IMG/VR virus record: IMGVR_UViG_3300028591_000009
Coordinates: 42,603 to 106,602 of that record
DNA from: a virus
Lineage: Duplodnaviria; Caudoviricetes
Strand: one strand, 5' to 3'
DNA: 64,000 nt
Made by a program: the position numbers and the translations under genes. The notes under the pieces were generated by a model. It was not told the DNA's origin, searched no databases, and worked only from the letters and a program-made list of their open reading frames with translations. Below are positions 28,401 through 37,752 of the stretch, one piece after another; the first letter of the stretch is position 1; each line of letters starts with the position of its first letter.

Positions 28401-29132
28401 TTATCCAAGCGGGTCGGCAACTTGCTGTTGTCCTGCTGCACCTTGCTGAGCACCTGGTGCTACGCTGGCAGCATTGAACGGATTTTGCTGTGCTGCACCT
28501 GCTTGAGGCTGTGGAGCTGCTTGAGGCTGAGCATTTGATTCAGGACCTGAAATGGTCTGATACTCTCTTGGAGCCAAGATGTAGAACATCTTCAAGACTT
28601 GGTCTCTGCGCTCTTGTGCTGACCAACCCTGCCAATATTCTTTCTTGGGCTTGCCAGTAGCCTCGTCTAACACGTATTTTCTCTTTGGACGCGTGTTTGC
28701 GACACCATTGATGTACACAGTCTCAGTGAGAATTGTGCCAGTTGCTGGGTCGTATGCGTCTTCCGTTGGCAATGAATAAATACAATGCAAGTTCAACGAG
28801 TCGTAAGGAATAGGCTTGTTTGTAGCCTTATCTACGACAGGATTGTCTGTTAGTTTGCCGTCAGCTCCTTCTGCACGACGGAAATACACTGCACCTAATT
28901 TCACAGTGCGGTCTTCAATGACCGCATCATTTGAGTTGAAATAGTCGGTGATGCATTTGTCAAGCGGAAGTTCATTCTGGATGCACTCACGTGCAGCGGC
29001 AATGAATCCTGGGTTGAACATCGGAAGAGAGAAACCGTTATCAGTATTGCGCTCTGATACAGCTGTTGTTGCGAGGTAAACTGAACCGTTAGAACCCTCG
29101 GCAATCTTACAATTTACTAATTTGTACTTCAT
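28401..29132 (-). CDS. Early hypothetical protein with Q/A/P-rich disordered tail
   Basis: ATG at 29132 (MKYKLVNC); bounded by a promoter-like element and a terminator. Confidence 0.75.
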   Translation of the reverse strand: MKYKLVNCKIAEGSNGSVYLATTAVSERNTDNGFSLPMFNPGFIAAARECIQNELPLDKCITDYFNSNDAVIEDRTVKLGAVYFRRAEGADGKLTDNPVVDKATNKPIPYDSLNLHCIYSLPTEDAYDPATGTILTETVYINGVANTRPKRKYVLDEATGKPKKEYWQGWSAQERRDQVLKMFYILAPREYQTISGPESNAQPQAAPQPQAGAAQQNPFNAASVAPGAQQGAAGQQQVADPLG

Positions 29133-29161
29133 AATCGTATAGTTATTTGGTGAAACATTAG

Positions 29162-29169
29162 CAAATGTA
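29162..29169 (-). promoter_or_regulatory. Bacteroidota housekeeping-sigma -7 element TACATTTG
   Basis: Matches TAnnTTTG about 30 nt upstream of ATG 29132; TCTG 20 nt further upstream as a weak -33. Confidence 0.5.
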
Positions 29170-29203
29170 AGCGAAAAAGAAAGCTGGTGCAGAGCACCAA
29201 GTA

Positions 29204-29392
29204 TTATCCTGCAAGAGCCGTGGAAGCTGAGAATATTCCACCACATCCTGCAACATAGTACTTGATGCTCTTGTTGTCTTCTGAGGATTCCATAAGGCGA
29301 GCAAAATCAATTGCATCACCTTCGTTATCAAACTCACGAACAACTCTGGCGCTGAAAGCGCCAATCTTTTGTAAAACAGCAAACTTTTTCAT
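29204..29392 (-). CDS. Small early protein (MKKFAVLQKIG...)
   Basis: ATG at 29392 after an AT-rich leader. Confidence 0.55.
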   Translation of the reverse strand: MKKFAVLQKIGAFSARVVREFDNEGDAIDFARLMESSEDNKSIKYYVAGCGGIFSASTALAG

Positions 29393-29907
29393 ATCTTGAA
29401 TGTAATTAATAAAACATCCAACACGTTGCTTTTGGCTATATATTAATAGCTGCAGCAAGAAGCATAACTTGTGTGGTGCTGCGATAAGGAGAGGATGGTT
29501 AGTCCTCCCTGGTTGTCTGCCCTTTTTGGGGGGCGTTAGCCCTGCTGGGTAAAACAACAGCGTCACACCTTTGGAAGGTGTAACAAACACTGTTTTCATC
29601 CTGCGTATTGCCGCAAGGCAATAACGCAAGAAGAAATAGTGTGGCGGAAGATGCGCAAGCTCACGTGCCAAGCGAGTTGCAAAGCGGGCGCTATGTGACT
29701 TTACCCTTACAATTGGGCAGTCGTTCACAAACACGGTCACCAAAACACCGCTTTTTGTTTGGTGGCGATAGGCAAAGGAGGATTAGTGATTGGCAGGGGG
29801 TGGTTTTCATTTCGGCGTTAGCCCGGGAGTGCAACGTGGAGTCTTTCTCCTCTCCGCACTCACACAAAAAATTTTAAAAATTTTGCAAAAAAAATAAAGG
29901 AGGCCGA

Positions 29908-30114
29908 TTACTCAGTCTCCTTCTTTTCTTCTGATCCAGTCAACCATGCAGCTATAGTTTTGTGGTCGTTTAATTCGTTACATATTTCTAATGCCTGTTC
30001 AGCTGTCAACCCTAATTCAGTTATATTTTTGCTTATTACAGGTCTAATTTTCTTTCCACCAAAAGAATCATTTATTTTTTCTGCTTTTAATGGACAAAAA
30101 TGTATTTCAATCAT
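29908..30114 (-). CDS. Small hypothetical protein
   Basis: 68 aa ORF. Confidence 0.6.
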   Translation of the reverse strand: MIEIHFCPLKAEKINDSFGGKKIRPVISKNITELGLTAEQALEICNELNDHKTIAAWLTGSEEKKETE

Positions 30115-30197
30115 AATTATAATTATCTAGTCCACAATGTGATTTTGGTTCTTCTTCTAAGACCTCCATCTCTACAGGTTCAATGTCACTCATAATA

Positions 30198-30596
30198 TTA
30201 CTTTTTTAGTTGCATTTCTGTTACATTTGCTACGATATCTGCCTCTAATCCTTTTCTCAGAGATTCTAAACGGTTTGATACTTCATCAGCACCTTCTTTA
30301 CAAGACATTAGCTTTCTAGTCATTTTTACACTACCGATGATAGAAGGAATGAATGAAATCAACTTATTTCTAAACGCAATACATACAGCACTGATTCCAG
30401 AAAGGATTGAAATTACAGTATTTACATCGTACTGATCGTATGCTATATAACCAAGGAGTCCAGCAATCGCGTATTTTATAACTTTTGCTATATTTTCAAA
30501 TACTCCAGTATGTCCTATATTATACATATATTTAAACGAGTCAAATAGTTCCTGGGACATATTGCGGAACATCTCGTATTTTTCCATCGAATTCAT
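30198..30596 (-). CDS. Two-TM membrane protein, holin candidate
   Basis: Two hydrophobic helices; immediately downstream of the amidase. Confidence 0.5.
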   Translation of the reverse strand: MNSMEKYEMFRNMSQELFDSFKYMYNIGHTGVFENIAKVIKYAIAGLLGYIAYDQYDVNTVISILSGISAVCIAFRNKLISFIPSIIGSVKMTRKLMSCKEGADEVSNRLESLRKGLEADIVANVTEMQLKK

Positions 30597-30603
30597 AATG
30601 ATA

Positions 30604-31218
30604 TTATTTCTTAAATATTGACTTAAATACGCTTATAATAGTATTCCACAAACTCTGTTTCTCTACCGTATTTTGTGGTTTAACAAGAGGTTCTGTAGGT
30701 ATTTCTGCTACTCCAATTGCTGGATGTAGGGCTGATTTATCTACTTCTATGTCATTTACTACTTCTTTTACGCTTACTTCCTTCTTCTCTCCTAAGAGTG
30801 TTGGAAGCTCTGCTTTTACGTCAAAACATGGGCACATTTTGTGCCAATTTATGGGATTTGGACCCCAAATATCACGGTGTCCGAGAATTTCTGCGTCTGG
30901 GTAGCGCGAGTGTAGGTCTTTTAATACGGAAGAAAGTGCCCTTTTTTGTGCTTCAGTACGGTTGTCTACAGGTCTTCCTTGCCTATCAACCCCTCCAATA
31001 TAGCAGACATTGATTGCGGTACTGTTGTAACCAGCAACTCCGTTTGAAGGCTTGTCTTCTGGCTGTAATTTAACTATTTCTCCATCTGGTCTAATGATAT
31101 AATGATAACCAGGGGCTTTCCACCGGTTTACGTTCTTCCAATATTTCTGTATTTCTGCTACAGTTTGGGTCTGTGGGCCTGCTGTGCAGTGTACAAATAT
31201 ACGTTTAATCTGTCTCAT
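30604..31218 (-). CDS. N-acetylmuramoyl-L-alanine amidase (Amidase_2, T7 lysozyme-like endolysin)
   Basis: IFVHCTA, GYHYII, CYIGG, GHRD and KMCPCFDV Zn-amidase motifs. Confidence 0.92.
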   Translation of the reverse strand: MRQIKRIFVHCTAGPQTQTVAEIQKYWKNVNRWKAPGYHYIIRPDGEIVKLQPEDKPSNGVAGYNSTAINVCYIGGVDRQGRPVDNRTEAQKRALSSVLKDLHSRYPDAEILGHRDIWGPNPINWHKMCPCFDVKAELPTLLGEKKEVSVKEVVNDIEVDKSALHPAIGVAEIPTEPLVKPQNTVEKQSLWNTIISVFKSIFKK

Positions 31219-31408
31219 TTTCTTTAAAGAATTCTATTAATGCTGTACGCTTATTTCTATCTTTTATGGGCCCAAATATCCATTCCCAATCGTCATTAGA
31301 TATTTCTTTACGTGTTATTATCTCCTGTTTATCATCTTCTGTGAGGTCAAATTCATCATTATCAGCAGATATTATACACGTGTATATGTATGATTGCAAA
31401 TCGTTCAT
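31205..31408 (-). CDS. Small hypothetical protein
   Basis: Coupled ORF. Confidence 0.6.
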   Translation of the reverse strand: MNDLQSYIYTCIISADNDEFDLTEDDKQEIITRKEISNDDWEWIFGPIKDRNKRTALIEFFKENETD

Positions 31409-31617
31409 AGTTTTACTAACCTATATCTCCCAGTTTCGTCTTTATAAAACTCACGTTCTCCGCATATATTCTCTATTTCCCTGTTATGGAATCTATTTGC
31501 TTCCCACATAGCTTCTAATGGGTTATCTGTAAGCATTGAATTAGGCATATTTGGCTTACTATAATCTACAACCTTATATTTGCCTATTATGTGTTCAAAG
31601 TGACTCGCTCTTTTCAT
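31405..31617 (-). CDS. Small hypothetical protein
   Basis: Coupled ORF. Confidence 0.55.
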   Translation of the reverse strand: MKRASHFEHIIGKYKVVDYSKPNMPNSMLTDNPLEAMWEANRFHNREIENICGEREFYKDETGRYRLVKL

Positions 31618-31978
31618 CTTTTACTTCCTCAAAATCTACGTATTCATCCATTTTTGTTTCCTTAGCTTCTTCAGCTTCAACTTCAGCTTTTAGGTCTTCC
31701 ATAGCCTTCTGTATCTGCTCCTGAGTAGTATGTTCTACCTTAGGCATAAGCTCTGGGTGTAGGATATACTGATTAAAGATATAAGACTGTAAATTCTTGA
31801 TGTAAGTATTATAAATACTTAATTTTGGGTTATTTGGCTCTTTTTCTGATAGTTCATTCAGCTTTTTCTGGTATTGTTCTATACGTTTTTGAGCCTCATC
31901 GATAGTAAGATCAGAAGTATCGTCTATAGATCTCAATAACTCTCCATCGATATCGTATATGTTACTATTAGTCGTCAT
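31595..31978 (-). CDS. Hypothetical protein
   Basis: 127 aa ORF. Confidence 0.7.
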   Translation of the reverse strand: MTTNSNIYDIDGELLRSIDDTSDLTIDEAQKRIEQYQKKLNELSEKEPNNPKLSIYNTYIKNLQSYIFNQYILHPELMPKVEHTTQEQIQKAMEDLKAEVEAEEAKETKMDEYVDFEEVKDEKSESL

Positions 31979-32013
31979 AAAGGTGATTTTTAAGTCTATT
32001 ACTTGTATCTCTC

Positions 32014-32514
32014 TTAATTATTTCGTAAGCTTCTAACCAGGCCTGGTCTTCCAAGCATTTTTTCAGCGTGGTATACGTACTTTGTGCATTCTGTTTCTTC
32101 GTATTCTCCATCTTCGTTGATCGTCATATGAGTGAATAGTTGTTGTTTTTTCCAATTATTGTAGATATTGAATGCCTGTTTCTTTTCGTGTTTGCCGGAG
32201 TATTGATGTATACAGTTTAACATTCTGTGTGCATCTACACATCCGCAAGCTCTTATACAGCATATATCGTCAATAAAAGATTCAACACCTTCATCTCCGT
32301 ACTTGTCTTTGATGATGTTATATTCAGCTCTTGCTTGTTGGAAGTATTTGTTCTATTCATCATAATCTGGTTCTAAACCTAGGATAAACGCACTGTTTAT
32401 GGGGATTCCGTGAATATAGAAATACTTACAATTGTCAGTTACTGGCTATGATATATCTTTTAAGCTTAAGAAATCTGAGTAAAATAATATGGCATTCAGT
32501 TCTATATGATTCAT
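32014..32514 (-). CDS. Hypothetical protein, 166 aa under code 15 (2 in-frame TAG)
   Basis: ATG at 32514 overlaps the upstream stop; frame interrupted only by TAG. Confidence 0.75.
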
Positions 32515-32927
32515 ACTTTAGTCCAAGTTCTATAAATACATTCCGTTACCCATCCCAATAAGTAAGCGAATAATTCATTACTATCGTCCTTGAATACTTC
32601 TTCTCCAATCTTGGAGTATATTCTCATACAAACATGTAAAGCCTCATGAGCACAAGTATTTATTAGATCTACATTCTTGTCTATACCCTTTACGTTTGTA
32701 TCATTACAATATTTGACTAGTATTATAGCTCTATTAGTCTTTCTATCATAACCAGGCTGAGTAAAAGCTAAAGCATCATCATCTTCAAAATCTTGTTCTT
32801 GAATAGTCATATAACGCTTATTTATCTGTGCTATGGTAGTATACTTATTTGCTACAACTATATCAACGTTGTATACAGTTGGGTATATATCTATTATACT
32901 CTTCTTCTTAGTCTTACTATTCTTCAT
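32511..32927 (-). CDS. Small HExxH protein (putative zincin-like metallopeptidase)
   Basis: CAHEALH...NELFAYL motif. Confidence 0.65.
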   Translation of the reverse strand: MKNSKTKKKSIIDIYPTVYNVDIVVANKYTTIAQINKRYMTIQEQDFEDDDALAFTQPGYDRKTNRAIILVKYCNDTNVKGIDKNVDLINTCAHEALHVCMRIYSKIGEEVFKDDSNELFAYLLGWVTECIYRTWTKV

Positions 32928-32984
32928 GTATATATAATTATATATAATATATATTAGGGGGTTCTTAGGGGGAATTTTGGCTTA

Positions 32985-33066
32985 TTAACGTAAAAATGGC
33001 AAAAACAGTTGCATTTTGAAAAATTTTATACGTTTTTGCAACCATATTTCGCCAAAGTTACGTTAT
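32985..33066. promoter_or_regulatory. Divergent pair of ECF-like promoters TGCAAC-N16/17-ACGTTA
   Basis: Plus copy 33037-33065 and minus copy 33013-32986, located at the strand switch. Confidence 0.65.
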
Positions 33067-33095
33067 GCCGTCGAAATTTGAGAAAAACAAATAAT

Positions 33096-33512
33096 ATGAG
33101 CAAAGTATTAAGAGTAATTGATCCATTTTTCGTAATGGAGATTGGAGATACATTTGAACTCTCTGAAGACGGTAAAGAGTATGTTTCTCATCACAGCGAG
33201 GAGTTTCATACTGCAAAAGAAGATAGTGAAGTTAATTCTACTTACGATTCAGTATTCAAGATTTCTCTGAAGTGGGCACAGCAGCTCATTGAGGATGGAT
33301 ACCTTGAGGAAGTAGAGGAAACTCCAAAGAACGCTACTCCTTTTGTGAACGTATTCGACGAGATTGATAGATTGATTGACAAGTACCAGAAAGAGGCTAA
33401 TGAGCTCAGCAATAGCAAAGAGTTGATTCCAGAATGCCTGAAGGTTGAGAAGACAACAGTACTTACAAACCTTCTGAGTGTACTTAATTATCTTAAATCA
33501 TTGAGAAAATAA
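33096..33512 (+). CDS. Hypothetical protein
   Basis: ATG at 33096 (MSKVLRVID). Confidence 0.75.
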   Translation: MSKVLRVIDPFFVMEIGDTFELSEDGKEYVSHHSEEFHTAKEDSEVNSTYDSVFKISLKWAQQLIEDGYLEEVEETPKNATPFVNVFDEIDRLIDKYQKEANELSNSKELIPECLKVEKTTVLTNLLSVLNYLKSLRK

Positions 33513-33928
33513 TGGACGAGAATACAAACATTATAGACCAATCGCAGCTTGCAGAAGATGTTGCTAGTAAGATTAAATACAGTTTCTTCGATCATTTTCT
33601 GATTAAGCCGCTGGATCCGGTCAAGGTTAAGAAAGAGTTTAGTAAACCTGTCACTAACGGTGTTCCTACCAAGGACGCTGACGGTATTGAAGCACAAGAC
33701 TTCGATAAAGTAGAGACAGAGGTTAAAGAAGTTGATTCTGATTATTTGAAGGGCGTAGTCATTAAGCTTCCTTTGTATTATGAAAATGAAAATGCACAGG
33801 ATGGTACTTACAAGAACATCAAGCCTGGCGATATTGTAGTATTCAGAGCTACAGCAGGTCTTGGTTTTGATCTGATAAAGAACAGTCGACTTATTAGACT
33901 CTACGATATACTTGGTATAGAAAAGTGA
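33512..33928 (+). CDS. GroES/Cpn10-like co-chaperonin
   Basis: DHFLIKP...GVVIK...IKPGDIVVF...IRLYDILGI pattern with a long mobile-loop region. Confidence 0.65.
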   Translation: MDENTNIIDQSQLAEDVASKIKYSFFDHFLIKPLDPVKVKKEFSKPVTNGVPTKDADGIEAQDFDKVETEVKEVDSDYLKGVVIKLPLYYENENAQDGTYKNIKPGDIVVFRATAGLGFDLIKNSRLIRLYDILGIEK

Positions 33929-34140
33929 TCGACATAGAGAATGTTATAAAAGAAGTTTCAAAGAGAACTGGTGAAGACGTAGATACAGTAGCAATGGTAT
34001 GTAAGCATGTATTTAATCAACTGGTAAAGATAATGAAGGACGATGAAGACACTAGAGACATACTATTAAACCACTTCATGAAGTTCAAATTGAAACGTAG
34101 ATATAAAGAAAACAAATCTAAAAGTTATACAGTCGTATGA
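33925..34140 (+). CDS. HU/IHF-like small DNA-binding protein
   Basis: VIKEVSKRTG...VFNQL...ILLNHFMKFKLKRR pattern. Confidence 0.55.
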   Translation: MIDIENVIKEVSKRTGEDVDTVAMVCKHVFNQLVKIMKDDEDTRDILLNHFMKFKLKRRYKENKSKSYTVV

Positions 34141-34496
34141 AGACGTTATTTATTAGAGAAGGGATGAATATGACAGTAGATCCCGAAACAAACGAGATCA
34201 GTAGTGTTTCATCAGCTCGCGAAGCTATTCAACGTATTTACGTTGCTCCAGAGCCAATGCACGTTATTTATCAGTCAGGTCAGCGTAGAGAAGAGGCTGA
34301 TGTTGAGAAGAATGATGTTATTGTTACATTCTATACTGATGAGTTCGATAAGCGAATGATTGTAGTAAAGAGTGAGGAGTGGACTAAGAATATCGAAGGA
34401 TACGAGAAGCGCATGGAAGAAGCAAAAACTAAGTGCGAAGATTGTTGTGGCACTCAAGAAGCGTGTACTAAATGTCCTAAATCGTTTGCTGCGTAA
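34137..34496 (+). CDS. Hypothetical protein with Cys-rich tail ending ...SFAA
   Basis: 119 aa ORF. Confidence 0.7.
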   Translation: MKTLFIREGMNMTVDPETNEISSVSSAREAIQRIYVAPEPMHVIYQSGQRREEADVEKNDVIVTFYTDEFDKRMIVVKSEEWTKNIEGYEKRMEEAKTKCEDCCGTQEACTKCPKSFAA

Positions 34497-34517
34497 TCAG
34501 AATAAAATATAAGTATT

Positions 34518-34865
34518 ATGAAGACTGAAAAGAAAACAAAGAGTGTAAAGAAGAGTACTAGTAAGAAGCCTGAGTATTTTGTAGATCTTACTGATGTAAA
34601 GACTCCTAATGATGTATACGTAGAGTTTGCTCTTGCTAAACAGAAGGCAGGTAAGCCACTTACAGATGACGAGTTGGAGACAATCATCGGATACGCAATC
34701 TACAGAACACTGAACACCGTAAGAAAGTTTGTTTCAGAGTTGCCTTATAAGGAGGTAAATATTGAGGGCGATGAGAAAATCATTCTGGACGCTAAGGGCA
34801 ATATTAGAGTAAAGAAGCCTAATATCTTCCGTAGATTCTGGAATTGGATTACTAGAAAGGGATAA
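34518..34865 (+). CDS. Hypothetical protein with C-terminal amphipathic helix
   Basis: Ends KKPNIFRRFWNWITRKG. Confidence 0.7.
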   Translation: MKTEKKTKSVKKSTSKKPEYFVDLTDVKTPNDVYVEFALAKQKAGKPLTDDELETIIGYAIYRTLNTVRKFVSELPYKEVNIEGDEKIILDAKGNIRVKKPNIFRRFWNWITRKG

Positions 34866-34959
34866 TATCCCACATACAGCCGATACGTGGGAGGCTGAGA
34901 TTCAGGTGGCCACCTGGACCCACGTGAAATTTCCATAATAAAGTTAAAATTAGTTGGTA

Positions 34960-35011
34960 TCCTATCGCATAGAGCCTTATCAAGAGCGGGGAGCGTTACC
35001 TCGGGTAGGAA
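34960..35011 (+). ncRNA. Mini tRNA-like element
   Basis: TCCTATC/GGTAGGA stem + CGGGG-AGCGTTA-CCTCG arm. Confidence 0.45.
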
Positions 35012-35062
35012 CTACATTGAAATTTTTTCATAATAATATCTTAAGGGTGGCGTTAAGCCCCA

Positions 35063-35127
35063 GGTGGTTTTGGAACGGCTGGAACAATGATACAGGATGC
35101 CGAGGGGTTCGATTCCCCTACCAACCA
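35063..35127 (+). ncRNA. tRNA-like element lacking canonical D and anticodon arms
   Basis: AGGGG-TTCGATT-CCCCT T arm, GGTGGT/ACCAACC stem; abuts the suppressor tRNA. Confidence 0.5.
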
Positions 35128-35128
35128 C

Positions 35129-35203
35129 TGTCCTATGGTGTAGTGGTAGCACAGGAGGCTCTAACCCTCCAGGTCCGGGTTCGATTCGATGGTAGGACGA
35201 CCA
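35129..35203 (+). tRNA. Amber suppressor tRNA-Gln(CUA) with encoded CCA
   Basis: TGTCCTATGGTGTAGTGGTAGCAC tRNA-Gln-type body; GGAGG-CTCTAAC-CCTCC with anticodon CTA at 35161-35163. Confidence 0.9.
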
Positions 35204-35219
35204 ATAAACAAAATAATAC

Positions 35220-35771
35220 ATGCAGATGAATATTAAATTTAAAAGACTTACAGAAAATGCAATCGCACCTGTTAAGGCACATGCCGCAGATGCAGGATTT
35301 GATTTGACGTGTTCATCTATCACAACTGAGATTAACGAACGCGGTCAGTTGATTATAGTATATCACACTGGTTTGGCATTCGAAATCCCCGAAGGATATT
35401 TTGGAGCACTGGTACCAAGGTCTTCAATTGCTAACAAGACACTTACTCTTACTAACTGTATTGGCGTAATTGATGCTGGTTATCGTGGTGAGGTAATGGC
35501 TAAGATGAAGGCTACTACTGATGTAATTCCTGCAGTATATAAAGAAGGTGAACGATTCGCTCAGTTGCTTATCTTGCCTGTACCAGAAGTGCAGTTTGAG
35601 GAGTCAACAGAGCTTTCTGAGAGCGACCGTGGAGAGAACGGTTATGGCTCTACAGACCAAACAAGCGCAGCAACGGGATCTCAGAGTCTTCCGGAAAGTG
35701 AAGGCAAGCCTATAAACTCTGAGACCGCAACAGAGCCAGCGGCTGGGGAGAACGCCCCTGAGCAGGCGTAA
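35220..35771 (+). CDS. dut: dUTPase (trimeric)
   Basis: AGFDL, PRSS, GVIDAGYRGE, RFAQL and RGENGYGST motifs. Confidence 0.95.
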   Translation: MQMNIKFKRLTENAIAPVKAHAADAGFDLTCSSITTEINERGQLIIVYHTGLAFEIPEGYFGALVPRSSIANKTLTLTNCIGVIDAGYRGEVMAKMKATTDVIPAVYKEGERFAQLLILPVPEVQFEESTELSESDRGENGYGSTDQTSAATGSQSLPESEGKPINSETATEPAAGENAPEQA

Positions 35772-35887
35772 TAATAACGTTATAAAAGCCTGGGTAACTT
35801 AGTACATAAGATGGCGAAGTTACAACGGAGAGGGAGCCTCAATAGGGCCCCCTCGAACCGTATATATAAACTACTAAATAGTGCTCT

Positions 35888-37747
35888 ATGGAACAACTTA
35901 ATTATAGATTTTTAAATTATAAAAAATACAAGACCTTTGCTAAGGATTTAGCTGACGAGAAAATCCGCGAAGATGCGATTGTATTCGTACAAGACAAACC
36001 TTGTATATGGGCACGTGGAAAAGAGTATGTTTGTGACGGACCGAATACAGCTGATATTCAAAGTGGAACGTTTACTTTTAAAAACGGTAAAGATGAGGTA
36101 ATATTTTCTGCATCGTAGGAAGATGGAGTTATAACTCTTACGGATGGGAATGGTAATAGTATCGCTTAGGAATACGTATTGAAGGATTGGTACGACGGAC
36201 TTAAAATCAATCTTCGTACTAAGTTTGGCAGCGTTGATAAAAAGATTGAAGATGCTGAAGAGAATATAAGAGATCTTGGTACAGATAAACAAGATAAACT
36301 TATCCCTGGCGAAAACATATCTATTACTAACAACAAAAACGGTAAGCCAATCATTAGTGCAATTATTGATACTAGTCTATATATAATGGTATCATCATTG
36401 GACGATGTAGCTTATCCCAATCCAAATAAAATATATCTGCTTGAAACAACAGACCAAAACGGAGATACTATACACGAATAGTACAAATGGTCTAAGGAAG
36501 ATCAAGAATGGATCCGCATAGGTACTGCTACTCCTGAAGTAGATATGAGTAAATATCTAGAACAGGAATATGAATACCTAGAGCAGAATTATCAACCTAA
36601 GGGTGAATATGCAGGTAAACAGTGGGTTTTAGAAACATTTGTAAAACAATCAAGTGTATATACTCCTACAGACGGTAGTGCAATCGGTGGAGGATCTGAC
36701 GACGAAGGGTCTTCTGGTGTTGTAATACCTTCTGGAAATAGCAATATAACGGTAGATAAGACTTTAAGTACTTTATCAGCAAACCCTGTAGAAAATAGAA
36801 CTATAACAATAGCGTTATAGGGCAAAGTAGACAATAACACTCTACAGCAATACGCGAAGAAGTCAGAATTGTCTGGTAAAGTAGATGCTACTGAATTAGA
36901 AAATTATGTAACAAACATACAACATATACAAGACTTAGCTACAAAGCAGAATGTTTTGACAGCTGGTAGTGGTATATCTATAGAAGATGATACAATTAGT
37001 GTTGATGTAGATACTAATCCTATACTTATTGTATCAGAATTACCAAGCAACCCAAATCCAGATAAGATCTACCTACTTGAGACAGTTCAAGATGGTGAGA
37101 CTGTTTATATTGAACACAGATATATAAACAACGAATGGGTTGAGTTTGGCAGAAAAGAAATCACTATAGATCTTGCTCCTTATGCTACTAAGTCAGAAGT
37201 TAGTTCTACACTGAACAACTATCTAACTAAAGCAGAAGCTTCATAGAACTATCAGACTATCATAGATGATTATTCTACTAAAGATGAGCTTGAAGAAGTT
37301 GATCAAAAGTTTGATGACTATGCTACAAGCGACGATCTTTCTGAAGCATTACAATATGTAGCTAACGAATATCAAAAAAGAGGTAATTATGTATATGCAG
37401 GACAAGTTTCTGCTGCGTTAAATGCTTTATAGCAGGTAATAGACCAGAAGTATGTATTAAAGAAAGATGTATATAGACCAAACGAATCAGGTTGGTCTTC
37501 TTCAAATCCTACAGCTATTGATGTATAGGGTACTGAAGGAAATGCATCAGATTCTGGATACAGTTCTAACATGGTTACTCTTACTACCGAACAATATCAA
37601 CAGTTGGTAGACAAAGGTCTTGTAAACGAATCAACATATTATTTCACTTACGAAGGTGAAGTAGAAACAGATTGGACATTTGGAGGAACATTTCCAGTTA
37701 TCCTTGGAGGTAGCGGTATAGGTGAGTTCCCAATAACATTAACATAA
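35888..37747 (+). CDS. Tail/fibre-associated structural protein, 619 aa under code 15
   Basis: Four listed fragments share one frame joined by 7 TAG; duplicated KQ..L..G..ISI...PNP.KIYLLET module. Confidence 0.75.
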
Positions 37748-37752
37748 TAACT

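Noticed and set aside
29393-29743. 179 aa ORF 29204..29743 at full length
   Set aside because: The upstream part crosses the GC-rich non-coding stretch; only the portion from ATG 29392 looks coding
123-31511. Plus-strand ORFs in the left arm and minus-strand ORFs in the late arm
   Set aside because: Antisense shadows of real genes or RNAs; for example 20192..20419 is antisense to the tmRNA T arm
35200-35225. HDV-like theta ribozyme after the suppressor tRNA
   Set aside because: The tRNA has encoded CCA followed by a short A-rich leader into dut; no room for one
35770-35790. Third ECF-like promoter at ACGTTAT after dut
   Set aside because: No GCAAC at the required spacing
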